64,000 bases of DNA from Octopus sinensis (GCF_006345805.1 NC_043009.1:57350001-57414000); one strand, 5' to 3'. Shown: positions 48,401-61,048, numbered from the stretch's first letter. Notes: generated by a model from the letters alone, not told the origin. Made by a program: numbers and translations.

Positions 48401-51400
48401 CGGTTAAAAATTTTCGGTATGCAAATTAGGGACTCCAGCATAGAATTAACTGCTATATTTGTTGAGTATATATAGAGTTTATAGGGCGGTTAAAAATTTT
48501 CGGTAGGCAAATTAGGGACTCCAGCGTTAAAAATTTTCGGTATGCAAATTAGGGACTCCAGCATAGAATTGACTGCTATATTTGTTGAGTATATATAGAG
48601 TTTATAGAGCGGTTAAAAATTTTGGGTATGCAAATTAGGGACTCCAGCATAGAATTGACTACTATATTTGTTGAGTATATATAGAGTTTATAGAGCGGTT
48701 AAAAATTTTGGGTATGCAAATTAGGGACTCCAGCATAGAATTAACTGCTATATTTGTTGAGTATATATAGAGTTTATAGGGCGGTTAAAAATTTTCGGTA
48801 TGTAAATTAGGGACTCCAGCATAGAATTAACTGCTATATTTGTTGAGTATATATAGAGTTTATAGAGCGTTAAAATTTTTCTGTATGCAAATTAGGGACA
48901 CCAGCATAGAATTGACTGCTATATTTGTTGAGTATATATAGATTTTATAGAGCGTTAAAAATTTTCTGTATGCAAATTAGGGACTCCAGCATAGAATTGA
49001 CTGCTATATTTGTTGAGTATATATTGAGTTTATAGGGCGGTTAAAAATTTTCGGTATGCAAATTAGGGACACCAGCATAGAATTGACTGCTATATTTGTA
49101 GAATACATATAGAGTTTATAGAGCAGTTAAAAATTTTTGGTATGCAAATTAGGGATTCCAGCATAGAATTAACTGCTATATTTGTTGAGTATATATAGAG
49201 TTTATAGAGCGGTTGGAATTTTCGGTATGCAAATTAGGGACTCCAGCATAGAATTGACTGCTATATTTGTTGAGTATATATAGAGTTTATAGAGCGGTTA
49301 AAAATTTTGTGTATGCAAATTAGGGACTCTAGCATAGAATTAACTGCTATATTTGTTGAGTATATATAGAGTTTATAGGGCGGTTAAAAATTTTCGGTAT
49401 GTAAATTAGGGACTCCAGCATAGAATTAACTGCTATATTTGTTGAGTATATATAGAGTTTATAGAGCGTTAAAATTTTTCTGTATGCAAATTAGGGACAT
49501 CAGCATAGAATTGACTGCTATATTTGTTGAGTATATATTGAGTTTATAGGGCGGTTAAAAATTTTCGGTATGCAAATTAGGGACACCAGCATAGAATTGA
49601 CTTCTATATTTGTAGAATATATATAGAGTTTATAGAGCAGTTAAAAATTTTTGGTATGCAAATTAGGGACTCCAGCATAGAATTAACTGCTATATTTGTT
49701 GAGTATATATAGATTTTATAGAGCGTTAAAAATTTTCTGTATGCAAATTAGGGACTCCAGCATAGAATTGACTGCTATATTTGTAGAATATATATAGAGT
49801 TTATAGAGCGGTTGAAATTTTTGGTATGCAAATTAGGGACTCCAGCATAGAATTGACTGCTATATTTGTAGAATATATATAGAGTTTATAGAGCGGTTAA
49901 AAATTTTCGGTATGCAAATTAGGGACTCCAGCATAGAATTAACTGCTATATTTGTTGAGTATATATAGAGTTTATAGGGCTGTTAAAAATTTTCGGTATG
50001 CAAATTAGGGACTCCAGCGTTAAAAATTTTCCGTATGCAAATTAGGGACTCCAGCATAGAATTGACTGCTATATTTGTTGAGTATATATAGAGTTTATAG
50101 AGCGGTTAAAAATTTTGGGTATGCAAATTAGGGACTCCAGCATAGAATTGACTGCTATATTTGTTGAGTATATATAGAGTTTTTAGAGAGGTTAAAAATT
50201 TTGGGTATGCAAATTAGGGACTCCAGCATAGAATTGACTGCTATATTTGTTGAGTATATATAGAGTTTATAGAGCAGTTAAAAATTTTTGGTATGCAAAT
50301 TAGGGACTCCAGCATAGAATTAACTGCTATATTTGTTGAGTATATATAGAGTTTATAGAGCGTTAAAAATTTTCTGTATGCAAATTAGGGACTCCAGCAT
50401 AGAATTGACTGCTATATTTGTAGAATATATATAGAGTTTATAGAGCGGTTGAAATTTTTGGTATGCAAATTAGGGACTCCAGCATAGAATTGACTGCTAT
50501 ATTTGTAGAATATATATAGAGTTTATAGAGCGGTTAAAAATTTTCGGTATGCAAATTAGGGACTCCAGCATAGAATTAACTGCTCTATTTGTTGAGTATA
50601 TATAGAGTTTATAGGGCTGTTAAAAATTTTCGGTATGCAAATTAGGGACTCCAGCGTTAAAAATTTTCGGTATGCAAATTAGGGACTCCAGCATAGAATT
50701 GACTGCTATATTTGTTGAGTATATATAGAGTTTATAGAGCGGTTAAAAATTTTGGGTATGCAAATTAGGGACTCCAGCATAGAATTGACTGCTATATTTG
50801 TTGAGTATATATAGAGTTTAAAGAGCGGTTAAAAATTTTGGGTATGCAAATTAGGGACTCCAGCATAGAATTAACTGCTATATTTGTTGAGTATATATAG
50901 AGTTTATAGAATTGACTGCAATATTTGTTGAGTATATATTGAGTTTATAGGGCGGTTAAAAATTTTCGGTATGCAAATTAGGGACACCAGCATAGAATTG
51001 ACTGCTATATTTGTAGAATATATATAGAGTTTATAGAGCAGTTAAAAATTTTTGGTATGCAAATTAGGGATTCCAGCATAGAATTAACTGCTATATTTGT
51101 TGAGTATATATTGAGTTTATAGGGCGGTTAAAAATTTTCGGTATGCAAATTAGGGACACCAGCATAGAATTGACTGCTATATTTGTAGAATATATATAGA
51201 GTTTATAGAGCAGTTAAAAATTTTTGGTATGCAAATTAGGGATTCCAGCATAGAATTAACTGCTATATTTGTTGAGTATATATAGAGTTTATAGGGCGAT
51301 TAAAAATTTTCGGTATGTAAATTAGGGACTCCAGCATAGAATTAACTGCTATATTTGTTGAGTATATATAGAGTTTATAGAGCGTTAAAATTTTTCTGTA

Positions 51401-53384
51401 TGCAAATTAGGGACACCAGCATAGAATTGACTGCTATATTTGTTGAGTATATATTGAGTTTATAGGGCGGTTAAAAATTTTCGGTATGCAAATTAGGGAC
51501 ACCAGCATAGAATTGACTGCTATATTTGTTGAGTATATATAGAGTTTTTAGAGCGGTTAAAAATTTTGGGTATGCAAATTAGGGACTCCAGCATAGAATT
51601 GACTGCTATATTTGTTGAGTATATATAGAGTTTATAGAGCGGTTAAAAATTTTGGGTATGCAAATTAGGGACTCCAGCATAGAATTAACTGCTATATTTG
51701 TTGAGTATATATAGAGTTTATAGGGCGATTAAAAATTTTCGGTATGTAAATTAGGGACTCCAGCATAGAATTAACTGCTATATTTGTTGAGTATATATAG
51801 AGTTTATAGAGCGTTAAAATTTTTCTGTATGCAAATTAGGGACACCAGCATAGAATTGACTGCTATATTTGTTGAGTATATATTGAGTTTATAGGGCGGT
51901 TAAAAATTTTCGGTATGCAAATTAGGGACACCAGCATAGAATTGACTGCTATATTTGTAGAATATATATAGCGTTTATAGAGCAGTTAAAAATTTTTGGT
52001 ATGCAAATTAGGGATTCCAGCATAGAATTAACTGCTATATTTGTTGAGTATATATAGAGTTTATAGAACGGTTGGAATTTTCGGTATGCAAATTAGGGAC
52101 TCCAGCATAGAATTAACTGCTATATTTGTTGAGTCTATATAGAATTTATAGAGTGGTTAAAAATTTTCGGTATGCAAATTAGGGACTCCAGCATAGAATT
52201 AACTGCTATATTTGTTGAGTATATATAGAGTTTATAGAGCGGTTGGAATTTTCGGTATGCAAATTAGGGACTCCAGCATAGAATTAACTGCTATATTTGC
52301 TGAGTCTATATAGAATTTATAGAGTGGTTAAAAATTTTGGGTATGGAAATTAGGGACTCCAGCATAGAATTAACTGCTATATTTGTTGAGTATATATAGA
52401 GTTTATAGAGCGGTTGGAATTTTCGGTATGCAAATTAGGGACTCCAGCATAGAATTAACTGCTATATTTGTTGAGTCTATATAGAATTTATAGAGTGGTT
52501 AAAAATTTTCGGTATGCAAATTAGGGACTCCAGCATAGAATTAACTGCTATATTTGTTGAGTATATATAGATTTTATAGAGCGTTAAAAATTTTCGGTAT
52601 GCAAATTAGGGATTCCAGCATAGAATTAACTGCTATATTTGTTGAGTATACATAGAGTTTATAGGGCGGTTAAAAATTTTCGGTATGCAAATTAGGGACT
52701 CCAGCGTTAAAAATTTTCGGTATGCAAATTAGGGACACCAGCATAGAATTGACTGCTATATTTGTTGAGTATATATAGAGTTTATAGAGCGGTTAAAAAT
52801 TTTGGGTATGCAAACTAGGGACTCCAGCATAGAATTGACTGCTATATTTGTTGAGTATATATAGAGTTTATAGAGCGGTTAAAAATTTTGGGTATGGAAA
52901 TTAGGGACTCTAGCATAGAATTAACTGCTATATTTGTTGAGTATATATAGGGTTTATACAGCGGTTAAAAATTTTGGGTATGCAAATTAGGGACTCCAGC
53001 ATAGAATTAAGTGCTATATTTGTTGAGTATATATAGCGTTTATAGAGCGGTTAAAAATTTTCGGTATGCAAATTAGGGACTGTAGGATAGTATTGACTGA
53101 TCTCTTTGTTGAGTTTATAGAGCGTTTAAAAATTTTCGATATGCAAACTAGAGACTCCAGCATAGAATTAACTGCTATATTTGTTGAGTATATATAGAGT
53201 TTATAGAGCTTTTAAAGATTTTCCGTGTGCAAATTAGGGACTCCAGCATATAATTAACTGCTGTATTTGTTGAGCATATACAAAGTTTACAGAGCGGTTA
53301 AAAATTTTCGGTCTGCAAACTAGGGACTCCAGCATAGAATTAACTGCTGTATTTGTTGAGTATATACAGAGTTTATAGAGCAGT
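45401..53384. repeat. AT-rich satellite, 86-bp monomer, ~93 units (8 kb)
   Basis: GGACTCCAGCATAGAATT(A/G)ACTGCTATATTTGTTGAGTATATATAGAGTTTATAGAGCGGTTAAAAATTTT(C/G)GGTATGCAAATTAG. Period checked at 45601/45687. Confidence 0.98.
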
Positions 53385-54568
53385 AGGACTGCCTTGGCAG
53401 TAATTACAGCTTGAATTCTACTCGTTAAAGTTTGAATTTTTTCCAAAGGAATTTTTTTCCATTCATCAGCTAAACACTCTCTAGTTCTTGATGGTGGAGG
53501 ATATCCATTCCTTACTTGTTTTTTTTCTAAAATGCACCATAAATGTTCAATAATATTGAGATCTGGGGACTGTGGTGACTAGATAAGATGTTCAACTTCA
53601 CTAGAATGTTCCTCGTGCTACTCAGTAATAACTTTTGCCGTGTGAATTGGTGCATTGTCATCCTGAAATATTGCGTTTCCCTCTGGAAACAGTTCCGCAA
53701 CCACAGGATGAATTTAACCAGATGAAATGCTTAAATAGTCTTCACTATTAATTCTGCCATGTAGGAAAACCATTGGGCCGGGGATTTCTAAGATATAACC
53801 CCACCCCAGATCATCACAGATCCTCCTCCATGTTTTACAGTTGGAAGAAGGCAGTCTGGGTCAAATGCTTCTTTTGGCTGTCTCAACACGTATACTCGGC
53901 AGGTAGTCGGAAATAAGGTAAAGGACGACTCGTCTGAGAAAATAATATTCTTCCACTCCCCTGGGGACCAATTCTGTAGGTGTTTACTCTCCCCTAAACG
54001 CTTTGCAACGTTTGTTCTTGAAAGTAGTGGTTTTCTGATTGCAGCCCTCCCGTGAAATCCGGTTTTGTGCAGCTCCCTGTGAATAGTTTTTGTGGAAACT
54101 GGGTTCTCGAGGTGGTCATTAAGCTCTGCAGTAAATTTGTACTTTTGTGATCCTTTCTAACAATTCGCATAAGAGTCCGATGGTCTCTATCTGAAAGTTA
54201 TGGTTTTCTTCCAGAATTTTGCTTCGATGAGGACGTTTTTCCCTCTTTCTCAAAGGTTGTCATTACTTTCGAAACGGTACTTATTGACACACTAAACATT
54301 TCGGCTGTTTTTATTATGCTAGCGCCTGCCATACGAGCACCAACAATTTGTACTATTTGAAAGTCCGATAGATCTGTTATTTTAATGAATTTTAATTATC
54401 TTTTTCTGATGATATCCAAAAAGAAGCAGCAATTTTAGCAAACATATTAAGCAACACTAATAATAGATAAAAAACATAAAAATAAACAAGCATTTGACAG
54501 TTTTATAGATATTTCAAAATTATAATGCTATTGTTGCTAGTTGTTTCCATTATTTTGTCCAACCCCTG
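53385..54568 (-). pseudogene. Tc1-family transposon, inactivated, 3' end replaced by the satellite
   Basis: TA|CAGGGGTTGGACAAAATAATGGAAAC TIR at 54568. HTH N-terminus, FSDESSF, FQDDNAPIHTAK, PQSPDLNIIEHLW, SRIQAVITAK. In-frame stops. Confidence 0.92.
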
Positions 54569-54688
54569 TATATATATATATGTATATATTAAAATACTGA
54601 GGGTAGAAATTGATATCAATCAATTAACATCAATTTAAACCAGTGGTCTAGCATATTAAAAAAAATCCGAAGATTTAAAAATTATATT

Positions 54689-54785
54689 ACAATTAATAAG
54701 AGGAATGACCACTAAAGTGGAATCCTATACGTCTATTTCTAGCGTATAGGATCCCGCTTTAATGGTCATTCCTCTTATTAATTGT
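54689..54785. repeat. 97-bp imperfect hairpin within a TA-flanked dispersed repeat (related to 61900-61995, inverted)
   Basis: ACAATTAATAAGAGGAATGACCA / TGGTCATTCCTCTTATTAATTGT plus an inner ATCCTATACG / CGTATAGGAT stem. Confidence 0.9.
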
Positions 54786-54799
54786 TATATATATATATC

Positions 54800-55224
54800 T
54801 CTTTCTCTTTTCTCTTTTCTCTTTTACTTGTTTCAGTCATTTGACTGCGGCCATGCTGGAGCACCGCCTTTAATCGAGCAAATCGACCTCGGGACTTATT
54901 CTTTGTAAGCCCAGTACTTATTCTATCGGTCTCTTTGGCCGAACCGCTAAGTGACGGGGACGTAAACACACCAGCATCGGTTGTCAAGCAATGTTAGGGG
55001 GACAAACACAAACAGACAAACATATACACACACACTTATATATATATATGTACATATATACGACAGGCTTCTTTCAGTTTCCGTCTACCAAATCCACTCA
55101 CAAGGCATTGGTCGGCCCGGGACTATAGCAGAAGACACTTGCCCAAGATGCCACGCAGTGGGACTGAACCCGGAACCATATGGTTGGTTAGCAAGCTACT
55201 TACCACACAGCCACTCCTGCGCCT
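54800..55224 (-). mobile_element. Group A SINE, full length
   Basis: Aligns to 91-570 and 11610-12027. Confidence 0.9.
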
Positions 55225-55239
55225 ATATATATATATATA

Positions 55240-55371
55240 TAAATACATTAAAAGGCCTCCAAATAAAGAAGCGAGTGCTAGATACACAAAGAGGGGATAA
55301 ATTCATGAATTTATCCCCTCTTTGTGTATCTAGCACTCGCTTCTTTATTTGGAGGCCTTTTAATGTGTTTA
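55240..55371. repeat. 132-bp spacerless palindrome, one mismatch
   Basis: Centre TTCA|TGAA between 55305 and 55306. The only mismatch is 55244/55367. Confidence 0.95.
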
Positions 55372-55461
55372 GATATGAATAACGCATAGTCTAATGACTA
55401 ATTCGTCTTTTGTGCTAGGTCACTGGTAATAACAATTTATTTTTATTACCCTATTTACTAT

Positions 55462-55503
<42 letters not shown>

Positions 55504-55579
55504 CATGTGATCTCTTAAGCACCACCAGCTCAAATATTTTCTCCTCTGTCTTCCCTCCTTGGGACCTTTCCTTCTCCTT

Positions 55580-55614
55580 GTTTCCGACGAAGAGCTCCGC
55601 TCGAAACGTTAAAC
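55580..55614 (+). ncRNA. Minimal hammerhead-like motif (U4C core variant) in a (TA)n-bounded ~230-bp element (55503-55735)
   Basis: GTTT-CCGACGA-A-GAG(CTCCG)CTC-GAAA-CG-TT|AAAC. Confidence 0.55.
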
Positions 55615-55731
55615 CCTCCTTCCCTTCTTTCCTGAGCGTCAATAATACTTTAATTGTTCCACGTCCTGCGTTGCTGTGTTTTTTTCTCTTTTTTTTTCTC
55701 TTTTTTTCTGTGTTTTCTTGTTTGGATTAAC

Positions 55732-55770
<39 letters not shown>

Positions 55771-55994
55771 TAAGCAATAAGGGTTTAGCAACGAGTTGCC
55801 TTACCACATACCGAATTTAGAAATAGCAGTCAAAGGGTTATAGCTATTTCTTCTACTAAAAAGGGAGATCTCAGTAAAAACATCATCTGGAAGGCAGACA
55901 CAAACAGGTAAGAGAGAATGAATTGACTGCAATCTATCATACATTTTTTTAGTTATCCACGGACGTACGTTTCGAAATCAAGTTTTAAGGAAAG

Positions 55995-56066
55995 TCGATA
56001 ACAAAAAAAAAATTCTGTCAGTTTTTTAGGGTTTTTTTCATTGAAATCGATAGTTCATTCTGTTGC

Positions 56067-56116
<50 letters not shown>

Positions 56117-56232
56117 GCAACAGAATGAACTATCGATTTCAATGAAAAAAACCCTAGGGTGCAACAGAATGAACTATCGATTTCAATGAAAAAAACCCTA
56201 AAAAACTGACAGAATTTTTTTTTTGTTATCGA
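55995..56232. repeat. Palindrome centred on (TA)21, with a 44-bp tandem duplication in the right arm
   Basis: 55995-56070 is the reverse complement of 56157-56232. GGGTGCAAC...AAACCCTA is repeated at 56113 and 56157. Confidence 0.93.
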
Positions 56233-57118
56233 ATTTTGTTATACCAAAACAAATAGGTTTAAAAATCTTACGTCGAAACTTTATTGAAAATTTTCAATAT
56301 GCGCTCCGTCTGTATCCCTGCAAATTTCGAATCTATCATTAGCCTTGCAAAACACATTTTGAAGCATTTCAGGAGTTTATATCCTGTTCTGGTAACTGAA
56401 TGCATTCTTGAAGCTCAGTTAAATTATGGCTCTACCCTTGGGATGGAGGGGGAGAAAATGTTTGCAGCTAAAGTGGAGAAAAAAAGGCAAAAAAAAAAAA
56501 GCTGGGATCTAACGGGAATGAAAATAAAATTATTGATAAAATTATAAAAATTATAAAATTATAAACAAAATTTAAGAAAATAAGACACTTTCAACACATT
56601 AAACATGAATGCATAAACAAAAATGAGTTTCTTAATAAAAATCATCCGATTTCACTGCAATGGATAGCTAATTCTGGGACACCATACACACATGACTGAC
56701 ACAAGTAAAAGACTAAGAGAATATGTAGGTATGTATGTAATAACTTATATGCAAGAACGATAAAGCATTAATGTCATAATGCTCAGAGTAATGATTAAGG
56801 AACAATATTTGATCAATTATTAAAACGGCCATTCATTAACTTGATTACAATATTAGTCGAAGTAATGGTTATCGCCTTCTAAACATGGATGTTGTCTAAG
56901 AACAGACAATGCTATTATTTTAACTCCAGGACAACGCATCCTTCAGCTGGTTATTCAGTGTGTTCCGCGTTCGATATATATTGCAGTCGGGGAGAAAACT
57001 CCCTACTATTCCCGTTATTGAAACCACCAGATCGCGCGGTTTCAACCTTATTATGGTAATCCTTGGTGATGGATACTCGTCTGCTAGACACAGCAGTAGT
57101 TCACTCCAGCCTGCAATA

Positions 57119-57608
57119 CCGTAAATCCTCGAGTATAGTCCGCCTTTGAGTATAATACGCAGGGGATTTTTAGGGGGCTGTACCTCTGAAAAACCTAAAC
57201 CTTGTGTATAACACGCACCTCTTCTCTAACTTGAGTCAAGGAGGTCTATATAACGTCCTTGGTTTGTAAAAATATATATGGTATATACGGTAATGTCCTT
57301 TATTATTATTGTATATATAACATAATGCAAACGTGTAGCTTTTTTGTGCATTTTGTTTGCAGAAAATAAAGAAATAACAGTAATAACGTTTAATAAATGT
57401 TGCTAACTGCAAGTTATGGGTGATTTAAGGTATTTTCGCGCCCGACATCACAAAATGCGTTTGAATAAACATTGCCGGACAGCAAATAGAAACTCGGACA
57501 TTGCTTAGAAAATAATTTTCATTTTTAACCTCGTATATAGTACGCACTAGGAATTTTGGCCTTTAAATTTTGGGGGGGGAAATGCGGATTATATTCGAGG
57601 ATTTACGC
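57119..57608. mobile_element. pogo/Tigger-like MITE, copy 2
   Basis: Same TIRs as 24513-25016, opposite orientation, TA flanks. Confidence 0.88.
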
Positions 57609-58499
57609 TATATAGAAAATGAATGATGCATAGTCACTGGGCTTGCAACATGCAAACTTGCTCGTTAAGAAGATCTCTATAAGAGGCGAAAGCAGTATTT
57701 ACCCTGAGAAGTAATGTTTATCGACATCTAATCATTGGTGTTCTCTAAGAACAGAGGGTACAGGTAATTTAACCCCAGGAAGACGCATCCTCCAGCTGGT
57801 CATTCAGTGCGTTCTAACGACGTCGTCGTGTCGTAGTGTGGACACAAGTTATTTGTATGACTGGTACTTTATTTCATCGATCCCAGACACACGTAATCGT
57901 ATACGACTTCATATCAGCCAGCTTCGTCGTTTGTAGAAGTTTCTTTTTGTTTCCCATTTAATCACAACGAAACCTAGAGACTCTGCGACACGGTTCCACC
58001 GTCGATCCAGCGGAGCATCTAAAACGTGAGTGCTTAAGCAAGAGCGTATTGCACCGGTTCTTTATTTTATTGCACATTGAATACATGAGACGCAAAGTTG
58101 AAATTGTCGGGATTCGAACTCAGAAGTAAAGAGTCAGAACAATTATCACAAAGCGTTTATGTCTGATGCTCTCCCGACTGCGCCAGTTCACTGCCTTTGA
58201 ATGGACATACATAGCTATGTTCACTGAATTCGTCCATTTAAATACACAACACACATACATAGACAAACACATGTACACATGTATGTATTTAGACATACAC
58301 ACGAATACAAATATACAAATGTCAATACCAATATAAACATAGATACAGACAGACACACACACACACGCACACACATGCATGCGCACACAAAGACATACAT
58401 GCACACACACAAATAGACAGATACACACCAACACGTAAACACAAACAGATATACACACATCTAAAACATACATGCTGATGTACAATCATAAGCATAGAA

Positions 58500-59010
58500 T
58501 TTCACTCACACATATACATGAATATAAATACATACACATGCACACACACACACACAAGCACACAAACACACAGAAAGACCAGCGCACAGGGACCACACGA
58601 CACACACAAAAACATAATGACATACACATCATGACAAATACACACACACACACATACGCACACATATACATACAAGCACAGAGGACTAACACACGTATGC
58701 ACTCTCAGGACTAACATGCACACATGCACAAGCACAAACACACATACACACATAAGCGCACGCACGCACACACACACACATACACACAAGCACACACACA
58801 GAAAGACCAGCGCACAGAGACCCCCACCACACATACACACAAAAACATACAGACATACACACCATGACAAATACACACACACATACACACACATACACAT
58901 ACAAGCACAGAGGACTAACACACGTATGCACTCTCAGGACTAACATGCACACATGCACAAGCACACACACACACACACATACGCATAAGCGCACGCACAC
59001 ACACACACAG
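58500..59010. repeat. ~229-bp x2 duplication of a (CA)-rich composite
   Basis: AGAAAGACCAGCGCACAG at 58572/58800 and AGGACTAACACACGTATGC at 58682/58911. Confidence 0.9.
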
Positions 59011-59769
59011 ACTCAAGCACACTCACGTATAAACACATACAAACGTAAGGCCCCACATGCATACACAAAGCTCATCACGCACAACGTTTCCCAGTATGGT
59101 ACGCCATGGGAAAGTCAGACTGGTTTAAGAAAACCCCCACCGCCAACCAACCATTCTTCCTTCTGTTTGTGTCTCTCCTTTTCTCTTTGTCACACACACG
59201 CACACACGCACACATACACACACACACACATACACACACTCTCTCTCTCTTTCACCCTCCCTCTTTGTCCTCATGCCTGTCATGTCTGTAATACCTCCCC
59301 TCTTTCTCTCTCCATATGTCTCCCTCTGTCACTCTCACCTTTGCCTCCCTCATTCTATTCCCTGTCTGTCTGTCTGTCTGTCTGTCTGTCTTCTGTCTGT
59401 CTGTCTGTCTCTCTCTCTGTGTCTCTCTGTCTCTCTCTCTCTCTCTCTTTGTCACTCAGACAATCCCTCTCTGTACGCATCCGTTGTCTTCACGATAGTC
59501 AATGTCCATGAATGACATACTCTCCATGAATGACATACTCGCTTAACTGGTTGCTCATTCTAAAAAAAAAAAAATAAAAAAATAAAAAAACCATGCAGTT
59601 GTTGTTGTTGCTGCTGTTGCCACTCCCCCTATTGTTGTTGTTGTTGTTGTTGTTACTGTTGGTGGTGCTGTCGCCATTGTCGTTGTTGCAACGGTTGTCA
59701 TTTTTCTTGCAGTTACTGTTGTTGTTATTCTTTCTTCTGAATGAGAAGAGTTCCACTAAACTTCCATAC

Positions 59770-60110
59770 CCACCACCACCACCACCACCACCGCCACCGT
59801 CGCCGCCACCGTTGCCGCCACCGTCGCCGCCACCGTCGCCGCCACCGTCGCCGCCACCGTCGCCGCCACCGTCGCCGCCACCGTCGCCGCCACCGTCGCC
59901 GCCGCCACATCGCCACCACCACCACCGCCACCGTCGCCGCCACCGTCGCCGTCACCGTCGCCGCCACCGTCGCCGCCACCGTCGCCGCCACCGTCGCCGC
60001 CACCGTCGCCGCCGCCACATCGCCACCACCACCACCACCACCACCACCACCGCCACCGCTGCCGCCAGTACCACCACCGCCGCCGCCGCCGCTGCCACCA
60101 CCACCACGCT
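59770..60110. repeat. GC-rich 12-bp repeat (CCGTCGCCGCCA)n with (CCA)n flanks
   Basis: Directly visible. Two blocks, each ending GCCGCCACATCGCCACCACC. Confidence 0.95.
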
Positions 60111-60329
60111 ATGCCCTTCAACAATTCCCGCCCAATGTGAAAGGAATGGTTCAAGTACGGGGCCAATACGAAAGGCCGTACATAGTCACTCAACCTGCTA
60201 GAAATAGCAACGAAACCTCCCTTGAATCACACTACATCTTAAATAAGAGAAGGCTTCGCTAGGTTATTGCGGTAGACTTCGATACCCGCTTCGAGATTCT
60301 GGTGCAAATCTGGACCACGTTTATCCTTT

Positions 60330-60710
60330 ATTTGTTTCAATCTTTAGACTGCAATTGCAGCCATGCTGGGGCACCACCGTGAAGAACCTTAATTGAATGA
60401 ATCGACTCCAGGGCTTATGAGCTCATTATTTTAAAGCCTAGTTCTTATTCTATCGGTCTCTTTTGCCGAACCACTAGGCTGCAGAGACGTAAACACGCCA
60501 ACACCAGTCGTCACGCAGTGGTGAACTACAGGCAGACAGATATACAAATACACAATAGGCTTCTTTCAGTTTCGGTCTACCAAAGCCTCACACAAGACTT
60601 TGATCGGCTCGTGGTTATAGTAGAAGATACTTGTTCAAGGTGCCACACAGTGGAAATGAACCCGGAACCATGTGGCTGGGAAGCAAACATCTTACCGCAC
60701 AGCCACGCCT
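60330..60710 (-). mobile_element. Older group A SINE
   Basis: Diverged full-length match. Confidence 0.8.
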
Positions 60711-60737
60711 GATTAGCTAAAATTACTAGTATGCAGA

Positions 60738-61048
60738 TTGTTTTGTTTTGTTCCTTCTCGAGCCACGCCTGGCTCATAAGGGCCGGTTTCCCGGTTTCCT
60801 TTGCGCATAGGTTCTCCACCTGGACGGGACGCCGGTCCGTCGTAGGTGAGCTGCAAGATGCCGGAGGAAAGAGCGAGAGAAAGTTGTGGCGAAAGAGTCA
60901 GCAGAGGTTTCGCCATTACCTTCTGTCGGAGCCGCGTGGAGCTTAAGTGTTACGCTCATAAACACACACATCGCCCGGTCTGAGATTCGAACTCGCGATC
61001 CCTCGACCGCGAGTCCGCTGCTCTAACCACTAGGCCATGTGCCTCCAC
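60738..61048 (-). mobile_element. Group C SINE (tail type 3), full length
   Basis: Matches 8287-8594. Confidence 0.9.

Noticed and set aside
45401-53384. Hammerhead in the satellite monomer (CTGGAGT...CCGAAA on the minus strand)
   Set aside because: Core does not match CUGANGA and the stems do not pair.
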